Below are positions 43,680-55,625 of a stretch of 64,000 nt of DNA, piece after piece (the first letter of the stretch is position 1; each line of letters begins with the position of its first letter). Origin of the DNA: the human T2T-CHM13v2.0 reference genome, Homo sapiens; the NCBI RefSeq assembly GCF_009914755.1, contig NC_060929.1; one strand, written 5' to 3'. The position numbers were made by a program, and so were the translations under genes. The notes below the pieces were generated by a model. That model did not search any database. It was not told the DNA's origin and was given only the letters and a program-made list of their open reading frames with translations.

Positions 43680-45600
43680 GGCTACCAGAATACACTTCCA
43701 CAGAGAAATGAAAAATTTTCCTCTGGGGAAACTTACCTAAGACCTAAATATACTTACATTGAGAATTTCCTAAAGAAATGCACCACAGTCAACGAATTCT
43801 ACCAAGAACATTTTATGACGCCTTTCTCTTAAATATAGGGCAATAGCCACGGAACACCAAACATTTGATGAAAGCATATATTAGGAAAGGCAGAGGTCAA
43901 AATGAATAACCAAAAACAATGACAACTTTAAGGAAATAGAGACTGTACAATATAAAAAACACTCATTTTTAAAATTATTAATATATTCAATATAAAAATA
44001 TTTTCTATCTATGAAACAAGAACAGGATGTTATTCTAAAAGATCTTTCAGAGATCAAGCATTTTAGATATTAAAAATATAGAAACACAGAATTATAAAAA
44101 TTAATCAGAAAGAGGGAAGATAAAGTTTAAAGAAGTCTCCCAGACAGTAGGGAAAAAATAGAGAGAGAGTGAGAAAAGGTAATATTACAGGATCAGTCAA
44201 AGAAGCCCAACATCCAAATAAAAATTCAAGAAAGAGAAAACAGGCAAGAAATCAAAGAAATGATTTTTTTAAAAATTCTCAAGTTAAGGAGCATACATTT
44301 CCAGATTGAAATTATTCATTATTTGTTCAAATAAATTATTTAAAATAGATGTGTACCAGGGCATTTCACTGTGAAATTTCAGAGCACTACCTAAAATAGA
44401 AGATCCTATCAGCTTCCTGAAAGAATTTCATTCAAATAAAAGAATAATAACTGGTTATCTCATAGCCACAGTGGAAGCTAGAATAGGACAGGGTTGAGAA
44501 AGTACATGACTACCTTTTATTTAAAAAGAAAAAAAGTGTTATTAGAACAGAGCCATGCTAATTTGTTTACATATTTATATAGCTGCTTTGATGCTACAAA
44601 GCTTAGTTCAGTAGTTAAGCAGAGCTGCATAGTGCACAAAGACTTAACCTATTTACCATTCCACTTCTTACAGAAACAATTTATTAACACCTAAAATAGA
44701 GCAAAGCCTTTAACATTCTAAGGGAAAATTATCTTCAACATAAAATCTCATACCCTACCAAAGTTATGGTAGGCAGATAGAATGAATAAAACAATATTCA
44801 GACTTCCGAGTTCTCAAAAGTTTATTTTCTGCACTCCCCTCTTACTGAAACCACAGGAACACGGGAAGCATCAAAGTGAGGGAGTAAAACAAGAAAGAGG
44901 AGGGCATGGATCAAGGACCCAGGGTCTTCAAACAAGAGAGATGTAAAAGGAACTCCCAATATGCTATGATACCAGTCCAAGACCACCACACACAAGACCT
45001 AGAGAGCAACCAGGTCAGATCAAAACAAGCCAGAGACCTCTGGGAGAGGTTTATTCAAAGACGATCAATTGAAAAAACACTAATATATTTGAACACATAA
45101 AAATGAAACTTACACAAAAAGGATCGTTTGAGGTTTATTCATAGATATGTTTTCAGAAATCTAGGTAAACAATATCCATAAAGGACAATTATTAATTCTA
45201 GGGAAAAATTTGTGTAAAAAAAGAATTACCATAGTGTACTCTATGAATCAGTGACAAACAGCATTTACAGTATTGTAATAATGTCAAACTTCATATTGGC
45301 TCAAATGAAATTATAATAAAAAACACAGTGAAGAGACTCAGGGGCCAGAATTATGGGGTAGTACATAGAAGTAGGCTGAAAGCAAGTGACATCCTCATCT
45401 TCCATATGAAGGATTATATAGACAATATAAATTTTGAAGTATATGCATGTTACTTAGCTCTATATTCATGGTTTGGCAGTGATTGCCTCTGTCTGTGTGA
45501 GAGCAAATGGCCTGGCAGGAAATGGCAGGAGAGACTCTTGAGAAGTGTATAACATTGATAAAAATAAAAACCAACAAAAATATAACTAGAATTACAAAAG
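43680..45600 (+). mobile_element. HAL1-like remnant with a nested MER58A (about 44490-44697)
   Basis: ttccagattgaa...actgtgaaatttcaga...agaagatccta...gcttcc. The MER58-like part reads aaagtgttattagaacagagccatgctaatttgtttacatat. Confidence 0.65.
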
Positions 45601-46879
45601 ACCCCTGCAGAAAGTCTCTTGATAAGATCTACCAGACTACCCTATTAAGAAAAAAGTGGAGGAGAAGTGCATTTTGTCCCTAGTGAAAGGAGAGGACTGT
45701 GAGCCTTGGGGTTACAGTATCAGAAATGAAATTATTCCCAGGGTTGAAGAACCTTACCTAGGACGAGACCAAAGCAAAAAAAATTAAACTAGATTGAGAC
45801 TGATTTTGCCTCCTTCTAAGGTTCTCTTTCTGTGCCCCCTTGCTTCTCAAGTTCTCCCAACTGGCATAAAGTGACTTCAAGTCCCTTTGGCTACCTACAA
45901 CCTCCCCCGCATCTCCTACACCACTAATGCATATCTCATTTAGGCAAGTTTTCTCTAGGAAATGGCACAAATTATCAAATTATTTCTCCTCCTTTCTCCC
46001 CAAGTAAACTCCAACGCTCTGATAAGCTAACCCATAGTTAGAGCTTTAAACAAAAGTAAGCAAATTAGAATGGCAAGATAACACCAACAATCATAGTGAT
46101 AGTTGAGTCAACATTTTTGCAAAAAGAATTTGCAATGCAAATTGGATACAGGAAGGAAATTTGCTTCAGGCTTGGATAGTAGGATTAGATGAGTGAAGTC
46201 AATGAATTAAAGCACAAATGTATGAGGCACTAGGACCATGGGGAAGGTCTTAGAACTATGGAGGTGTTAAACATTCTTTTGACTTCAAAAGTGAGGTAAG
46301 CCATGAATGTAGTGAGTAAATCAAGAACAGTTGTGTACATGGCATTTCCAATTGCCCAGGTCATAGCATCATCACCAAATGCTAATATATCCTGAGAAAA
46401 ACAAGGTGCAACAAATAAAACTGAACAAATAGTAATTAGAGACAAAGCCAGAAGTGAACTACCTTGGGGTAGATATCTTACAAGTTCTGTGAAGGATATC
46501 AGAACTGGTTTTCTTATAAGCAAAGAATAATGTTCTGCTAAAAAGTAGTTAAAATGTGTGTAAAAGAACTAATCTGAGCATGTATCATTGAGAACTTCTG
46601 GTTATGGTACACACCTGTTCTTTGTGTCACTGACTTTGGTCAATACCAATGCAGACAATTCATCCATGCTGTGTCATGTCTTCTACCTGCTGTTAGAGTT
46701 GCCTGTAAGAAACATCTTAAAATTGCAGATGTCTTTCTTCTGGTAGCTTGTGTGAGTTGGCCTGGGGCCTGAGCTAGTGACACAGCTGGCCACTTGATCG
46801 ACTCTTTCTCTCCCTTCCTAATAACCAGAAGGGTCAGGCCCACCCAGAAAAAAAAGGGAGAGGAGAAAATCAGTTAAAA

Positions 46880-47090
46880 GCCACCATTTATTGAATACTT
46901 TGGTTAGTGTGCTATGCATTTTAAATACATTACCCTTGATCCTCATGCCAGCTCCTAAAGGTAAGACTTTTATGCCTATTTTGGGGAAGAGGAATCTGAG
47001 TTTCAGGCAAATTACTTAGTTCGTTAAGGTCACCCATCCAGTAAGCACTGGAGCTAGTATTCCGACTGACAAATCCCGGGCTTTCTGTTG
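46880..47090 (+). mobile_element. MIR
   Basis: ccatttattgaatactt...gaggaatctgagtttcag...aaggtcacccatccagtaag. Confidence 0.7.
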
Positions 47091-47295
47091 GAGATGAGTG
47101 TAAGGTAAGTAAGCCTTCCTCAAACTCTTCAAATCTACCACATGGGCTTGTTCCCCTCACTTCCCGCCATCCCAGCTCCACCCAGTGAATCCAGACTTGA
47201 ACATCGTCAAGATATTAAAAAGTAACGGTCAGTGGGAAGTCAGGAGCCTAGAACCTCGTGATGAATTGTCGAAAATTGCATACGAAACTTCATGT

Positions 47296-48028
47296 TGAGA
47301 TGGGAGAGTTCCCTGACCCCTCTCAGGACTTGCGACAGGAGCGTGGCCTGTTTGCTGCATGCTCAAATCCCTTATGGGATGGGAAACACACAGATGGGCA
47401 GGTGCAGGAGCCAAGGCAAGTGCTTTTGGGCTTCAGCCCCACAGTAGCATCTCGGAGTATGTTATGATTAATGTTCTTCTAGCAGTTGCCATCCACAGAC
47501 AGCTAAGTGTTAAACCAGCTCAGTAGAGCGTCACGGTGACGGTCTTTCTACCCTGCCCTCTTGGTACCTGGGCCCTTATCCAGCATCCAGGAAGAATCGC
47601 GTCACACGGACTTGAAGGATGGTAAACGTGGGGATTTTACTGAGTGATGGAGGTGGTTCTCAGCAGGATGGATGCAGAGCTAGAAAGGGGATCAAGTGAG
47701 AAGATGATCTTTCCTTGGAGTCCGGCCATCCTGAAGCCAATCTCCTCTCCACCCATCCCAAGCTGAACTCCTATCTTCTCTCCTTCTCTGCCACACTGCC
47801 CTACTACTCTGCCACTCTTCTACTCATGGAGCCTGTGGTTTGGGGTTTATATGGGTGCAGGATAGGGGCATGGCAGGCCAGATTGGTCTTGGAAAAGGCA
47901 ACATTGGGGAGCAAAAATAGGAATGCCTGTTCCCATTTACAGCCATGAGTTTCCAGGCTTGAGAGTGGTGCCTTTGCCAGGGAACCACCCTCTTCTACCC
48001 AGTATTTCCCTGCCTTCTGTTCATATCA
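47296..48028 (-). mobile_element. ERV1 solo LTR (LTR27/LTR28/MER52 group)
   Basis: tgagatgggagagttccctgacccc...ctacccagtatttccctgccttctgttcatatca with TSD atgt/atct. Confidence 0.88.
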
Positions 48029-48289
48029 ATCTGAGTGGCAGACACAGACCATTCCCTAATAGAATATTTGATGGATCCAGAGAATGGTTACTCCATTTTC
48101 TGGTAGAACCACACAGAGGTGGCTGGATCTCAAACAGAGTAGCTCTCTGTAAAGAGGCTAGACACTGAGCGGCCAAGCCCCAGGCTCAACAAACATTCCC
48201 AGGCTGAAGACAGGCACAGAAGGAACAGAGCCATGAGGGCTTGGACACGGTGACTTGGTATCAGTGTGGGTCAAAGGTCATATGGCACA

Positions 48290-49850
48290 CCCTGAAGGAT
48301 GTACTGCAGTCATTTGCCAGGTAGAAACATATGCCTTATAATTATTAAATATCTCTAAAGTTTAGATATGTGTTTAGGTACAATTTTATCCAAAAAAAAT
48401 AATACTTTAGTTATTAACACCATAGTTCATTTGTCAGACTTTCCTGCACTGGCCACAGTATTCAGCTGACCAGGGGAAAATGGTAGCTCTATAATGAGGA
48501 CAGGTAACACAGTTTGCTTATGCTTTTACTGACTTTTCACTTATTGCTATATATTTCAGCTTTCATGCATTTGTTTGTAGGTTTATATAATCTCAAACAG
48601 AGACTCTTTCAGTACTGTGGAATGAGATGGGGTGTGACATGTTTTATTCTATGTTATCTAACAGCAACGTACTTAAAAGAGCCAGCAAATTTAAAGATAA
48701 GTTATGCTATTGTCTTACATGTCCCTTGGAAAAATTCATATGTTGAAATCTTCATGCCCAAGGTGACAGTATTTGGATCTGAGGCTTTTGGGAGGTGATG
48801 AGGTTATAGGGATGGGATTATTGCCCTTACAAAAGATGTCTGCTGTCATGTGAGGTCCAGGTGAGAAGATGACTGTCTATAAGAAACTGGGCCCTCACTA
48901 GACACTTAATCTTTTGGTTCCTTGATCTTGGACTTTCCAGCCTCTGGACCTCTGAGCAGTAAAATTTCTATTGCTTATAAGCCAACAAGTCTACAGCATT
49001 TTGTTTAAGCAGCCCAGATGGAATAAGTTACATGTATGTTTTTACAAAAAGACATGTTTCAAATTTCAAATTTGTTTACCTTCCATAAAAAATAATAAAC
49101 ACCTTAATTTTCTCCACCAAGGTAAAGGTGAAGACATTTTTTAAATTTTTTTTCAAAAACCTACATCCTGCAAGAATTTTGAGCTACGGAGACAGCATTT
49201 TGAAAACAGATGTTTGGAGATGAAAATGTGACTTTGCTGCCAAAATTAAGTGAGCATATTATCTACTAAAAACTTATATCCATGCATTTTAAAAACTTAG
49301 AATACAATTTTCTAGCCATTTGTAAAATCATCTGTGCAGAGTTTCACTGGGTTTTGAACCCTTTAGTTGAAAATGTAACCAAGGAACACCTTAGTGTTAA
49401 TGTTTAAGAACCACTAGCTTACTGACATCATGGAACAGGGAAATGTACAGATGAATTTTAACAAAACCTTTCTATTATTGGTTCCAAAAAAACTTATAAT
49501 TTAACGAATGGAGTCAAGTGTGCACATCATCCATCTAAATCTACTTATCTTTATTAGATATCTTTTCTCAGCTTTGATTCCATTAAAACCAAATGTCAAA
49601 CTGGACTTAGGATTCAACGCTTAAGTCACTGATATGATACAATCAAGATTCTCGAAACTAATAAAGCACACCCAATCAAGCTTTGCCAATACCTTTATAA
49701 ATAATAATGACAAAGGTTTATTCCATTAATATCAAAGTTAAAATACTTATAAAAAATATTACTGTATATATTTCTTTGTAGTTCTCCCTTTGTATGCTTT
49801 ATAATAAATATATTAGAACACTACATGCTCAGATTTTTTAGAGATTACAT
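48290..49850 (+). mobile_element. Decayed hAT-Charlie transposon remnant interrupted by MLT1A0
   Basis: Transposase-like remnants: agactctttcagtactgtggaatgagatggg, gagacagcattttgaaaacagatgtttgga, catccatctaaatctacttatcttt...cttttctcagcttt. Confidence 0.55.
48705..49032 (+). mobile_element. MLT1A0-like LTR
   Basis: aaattcatatgttgaaatc...cttgatcttggactttccagcctc...tataagcca...agcagcccagatgga. Confidence 0.8.
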
Positions 49851-52800
49851 TTTTAAACTGTGTAAGACAACTGGGACACAAGTTCACTTTTGGAAGGATG
49901 GGTAGTAAGTACATGAGCTTAGATTTCTTGCCACCCTCCTGGGTAGGGGCTCTTGGTCAGATTTAATCAGATTTAGAAAAACTTAAAGTAATATGTTTCT
50001 TTCGCCAAAAATTATAGAAGAAATTCACATTCTTTAATTTGTTAGCTGTGCTCTGTATAGTCTTCCTTTAACTATTTTGACAGTAATCCACAAATAGAAT
50101 TTGTTTGCATTTGTATGATGACAAAAATTCCTGTGTACCATGAATCCAGATTAAGCCTGGCAAATCTGTAATCCTATTCTTCCCAACTTCTCATTTAAAA
50201 TACCCAAACTAGCCATCCTCATGAATTTGGGGAAGGGAGACTCTCTAAAATGGTAGGACCCTTATACAGTGGAGCAAATACAAATACCATTATAAACAGC
50301 TGCTTTAGTTTAAAATAATCTTAAGAAAAAAATAAACCTCAACAGTCTGAGGAATGAACTCCTCAAAGAGGAGGACAAACATCTCACATTATTCTACCTC
50401 TCTTTGCAGTATCTCCATGTGGTCCTTTTTCTCTGAGTAGAGTTTTAGATTACTCAGAACTGAGTAAACTGGGAAAGTTCATTGCCTACAGCCACCAAAA
50501 TGTGATCTTTCAGAGGGACTGCCTGCCTCCAACACAGAATCCTTAGCCAAATGCTCCATGCGATTATTCGCCCACAGTGTAGTTAGCACAGAGGATTGGG
50601 AAAAAAGGAATTTCCTTCCTCTCATCTGCAGATAATCATCTTCCATCCTAAAGCATAAATTTTGATTACCCAGATTATTTAAGCTTCCAGAGCCACAAGG
50701 GTTATTAGTGGTAATAAAATCATTCAGCCTTATAAAAATTAAAAAAAATATATTCCAACCACAGTATTTAAGAATCTGACCTCACAGCATATTATCCACC
50801 CACTATGCAAATAATTTTCTCTTTGCTGTCAGTGTGATCATTTTTTTTATTTCTTTAGCTACAGTTCAAGAAGAATACAAAATGATATTACTGACCTCAT
50901 CAGGGCAGAATTATTCCCAGCCAGAGTAGAGTTTATTTGCTTTGCTTCACTTGCTGTCTGAATGTAAATGGCTTTATAGATGCCACAATGAAGAGTTTAC
51001 CCTATTTACACTGTACTTTAAACCCCACTGAGAGAGCCAACCAACTCTGGTGATTCCTACATATGATCACTCAGCTAAGTAACAATTCTGTTCTTTGCAT
51101 AGAAGGAGAGATGAAATCTTTCCAACCCAGCTAACTGCCTTCCTCATACCTTCATAATTCTGGCTTTGAGCCAACTCTGTCCTTAACTACTTAATGGGCC
51201 TTCTAGGCGCTTTCCTTCTTCAACTATCCCTCCTAAAATATGCATTAAAGTTTATTTTTAACAGTCCTTAATTACTAATATCTAAACCTTCACAAATCAG
51301 TAGGCAAAGTTAACATTTTGAAGAAGTGTCTCGCATTTCTAGGAAAATGCATGTTGGCATATCCATGACACAGCTGCATTCCTTGTGGATCTGTGTCTGT
51401 CTCTGGAATGAGGAATCCAATTTTCAAAGAGCCCAGTAAGGCATGTAGAAATCCAAGCAGGCACTTGGAAAAGAAACGTTCCCAAAGCAGCCTACAAAAT
51501 TGTGTATATATGACTCCATTTTTTTTTAAATTTCATATGCAGAGACTGGACATTTCAGAAACAAAATACTTTTAAACATTATGAGTAACAGAATCACAGG
51601 ATTTTTTCCCTTGTATTTCCAAAATAGCACCAAAAACTTGCTTTTTTTATAATCAGATTTTTTGAAAGCATATAAAATAGAGGGAAAGAAATTTCCTCCC
51701 ATTTCTGCTGATTTAAAGTATGCATTATCTGAATTTTAGAATACTTCATTTTCAGAATGACTCATCCAAAATAAATTTGTGATGTACCCAAGAGACAAAT
51801 TCTGTCTGCTCCATATAAGGATTTGTTTTAATTAATCGTGTTGCAAATTACTTGCAGCTAGTCACTAAATCATCACTCTACTCGAATTTCTCTTTTCTTG
51901 GTCATACCTGGACAAGTAGTTAACAAAGCAAGAAGGCATGGCAAAGAATAACCATACCCTAATTGCTTTGAGCATCTTGATTTAATAGAATTTTTAAAGG
52001 AATGTGACCTTATTTTTCATAATTAAGTAACTCTCTAGTTAATATATACTTATACCATAAATCTTTCTGCCACTGAGACCAACTGGATAATGCTAATATG
52101 CTTCCTTTATGTTAATATGTTGGGAATTTTGCATGGGTATCAGAGGACAGAAAAATAGAAGACAAGTTGCTGGTTACATATAGCACATATGATCAAGGAC
52201 AAAGGTATAAAAAAGGTTGGTTTTAGAAAGAAAAAATAAAAATTTTCAGAGCTATTTAGTTTTTTAAAAAAGAGTCTATTCAACAGCTGAATTTGAAAGT
52301 GGTTTACGAGTTGTTACAGTAAATATATTCAAAATGAATCATATAACCAATTACGTTTGAATCACTCAAGTGTACATTTGCTGTGACAACAATTTTCCCT
52401 TTACGGATCATCCCTCTATTTATAAAAGAGCTGAAATTAACATTTCCTGCTTTTGTCAAATTGAAGCATCTTTCAATAGTTCTCGGCAAACATCTGAAGG
52501 ATTCTTGCATCCTGAGATCATCTGGCCATTATGTTTTCAAGTGTTGTCTCTCTTCAAGCACTGGGTGAGACATACAGAATAAGTGATTGCAGATTCTCTC
52601 TAAAATAGCAGCAAGAACACAACGAAAATACCCAACGGAGAAGAGATCATGGGTTACCATTCATGGCAGATGGGAATCAACTTAAATTGACAGTAGATGT
52701 TCTCATTTTATTTTGCACATGACTAACCACAAGTAAAGCTTAAGCCCAAGAGAAATAAAGGACAAGATTGTGTAGCTATGTTTTAATACAGTGGTTATTA

Positions 52801-54119
52801 GTAGATCCAGATTTAAACGGATTTTTTTTCCTAATTGAAATCATTTCTTGAGGAACACAGATTTAAGAGCATGTACTGTTCAGATACCAAATAGAGCTTT
52901 ATGCCCACTCATTTTCAAAAGCATTTATCTAAAAGAGGACTGTTTTCTGAGTCCACTTTAACACATCATCTTCTGATCACTTTCAACCTGTGTTATACAC
53001 TGCTATAAAAAAATCAAACTATTTTTCTTTGTGGATTCTCAGTTGAAGGTGCTAACAGACAGAATGAGTTTGTTCTACCTCGGAACTGATGTTCTCCACT
53101 CTGAAAAATAAAAGTGCTGTTGAAGACTCTGAAATTCGCTGCATATTAGAGAACACAAGTTTTGTATTATAGTCTAGGTTCTTGAAGGATTGAATAAGGT
53201 AATGCTTTGACATAGGATTACCCACAGGCAATTGTGAAAGTCTGAATTACGTATTTCATCTAGATGTTCTCTACTTATTTTTCTGAGCACCTTTTTCCTT
53301 CAACATCTTTCTCATCTTCTTCTTCCAAGTTCTTTTGTTTTTCTTAAAATTTCCATGCTTCTTTGTGCATCCCATAAGCTCTTTGTGATTGATAATTTCT
53401 CCAGTTGAATTCCTGACTGTGCATTATTCTGAAATTCTTTCAAAATGACACATTCTGAGTTCACTTATTAAGAAAATGGTGATCCTACACTTCTGAGTCT
53501 CATTGCCACAATTATCTCCTGTCATCTTTAATGGGCTTACCTTCACAATATCCTTTGTATTTTACCATCAAGCCTGTGCTGTGCCTTGAGTATGAAAGGG
53601 CTTTCTTATACCTACCTATAACCTTCACTGTCAAAGTAGTACTATCCTTCAAGGATGTGTTCAAGTAACACCCTCTCCCTGTAACTTCCCCCATAATGGT
53701 TTATTTACAATTACATCATAGTTTTTGTTAATAAACAGCACTTTCCCACCTGGAAAGTTTGTCCTATATAAGTTCTGAAGACACATGGACAGAAAAAGAA
53801 CGTAAGAAAAATATACTTATGTACCTAGCCAAGTCAACTAAACCAACCTTGCTAAACACCCCACAATCAACACCTCTCCCAAGACAGCTCTTTACTCTTT
53901 GTCGTTCTGGGTCTACCCTTTTACTGCCGTAAGCATTTTGAAGCTTTATTTATATTTTTAACTCAGAACACCTGTTCAATATTCACTGCTTACTCGCTGC
54001 TTAGCAAATATATATTGAAATTGGCTCAATTTATGAATTCTGCATATTGAATGTAAAAGAACACTTTGGGACTCAACACATATACTCTACAAGGAAATCT
54101 GAGAGATTAATTAAAATAA

Positions 54120-54825
54120 CAAGTAGAGGAGACCAGGCTTCAGGCCTAGTTTGGGTCCCATCACCTGTGTTTTGGAACGAGGATTTCATTTCCATCTAAA
54201 TAAAAAAGACAACTATAAGGAGATTCTCCAATGACTTCTTCTGTAAGATGAAACTTAGTAGGATTTATCAAAGCATTTTGAAAATTTTCAGTGTGAGGTA
54301 GCATCAGCAACACAAGAAAAACAGCAATTCTGTAAACCAGTTAGGACAATTATTCTTCTAAAGTTAGGTTTACGTAAGTCTTAGAAGTGAGTATCTAATA
54401 TGCAACTTAACTATCTATAACTATGGAAGATTCCATTACAAGCAAGCCAGTGGCCAGCAGTTTTATATCTTCATAGAAAAAAAGATGGTAGGAAATAAGT
54501 TATTATTTAAAAAGAGAAGAGGGTTTTGGTGGCATAAGAAATCAAGAATGATTTAAAACAGTGAAGAAGGCTTTCAAGAGGGAAGACAAATCTCCTCCAT
54601 GGAAATTATTTTAAGTAGAACTGGCCATCAATCACTATTACAGAATTTATGTAACAGCATCACTAAAGGAACTCTTAATGCTGGATGATTCTCTTTTGGC
54701 TCCCAAAGCCATAGAAGAATAAAGAATGAAGTTTGAAGATGCTGTAGAGACAAAATGATAGTTTGTAAAGGAAAAAGCAATTTGCTGTAAGAATTAAGTA
54801 CCAAGGACCCAGACTCTGATTCTAG
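54120..54825. mobile_element. MIR and L3/CR1 remnants within the gap in the pseudogene
   Basis: MIR-like tttccatctaaataaaa and gacccagactctgattcta. L3-like aagaatgatttaaaacagtga...aaatctcctccatggaaattattttaag. Confidence 0.5.
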
Positions 54826-55199
54826 CCCCCCAACATTACATTTTATTAAGAGATAAGCTGTCATGACACTCAACTTTCCTAGGTTGAAGTTCAGAGTTGT
54901 ATTTATCCATTGAAAATCAGTCTGTTTATAAAATGGTCGCATTCCGGCAATGTGTTTTGATTGGTCAGTTTTGGCTAATGTTTCACATGATAGCAACGCT
55001 AACACATCTGCAATATCTCTGCATTTTTTCGTCAGGCAGATTGAAGAAAAGAATCTTTCCAAATCATATCTCCTAGATATGACTTTAATCAAGCAAAAAG
55101 AACACTAAGAAAATGTAGTTTTATAAAATAAAGCCTATGCTTTAGCATTCTATATTTTAACCAAAGCAACTTGAGCATGTGAACAAAAGTTATTTTTCT

Positions 55200-55510
<311 letters not shown>

Positions 55511-55625
55511 CTATGTACTATAACTCTCCTATCGACTATTCTTTTTTCTAAATAAATTTATCAAGATAGTGCCAATCATTAATTTGAAAACAAGTTATTG
55601 CACTTAGAGGCACTGTGAGTCAGTA

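Noticed and set aside
53485-53700. L2 fragment
   Set aside because: It is superficially L2-like, but translated blocks (RYKKALSYSR, LWQ*DSEV*) fit the pseudogene's order. Left uncalled, as 53600-53700 stays ambiguous.
54860-54880. aag|ttgagt as a mutated splice donor
   Set aside because: Similarity to RGSL1 seems to continue past it (frameshifted HD..LNKM*CW vs YD..LDEEDYW), so an exon end here is unsupported.
54628-55092. 154-aa ORF as an intact expressed protein
   Set aside because: It starts at TTG rather than ATG. Only the N-terminal half resembles RGSL1, upstream in-frame stops are present, and the remainder runs into MIR-like sequence.
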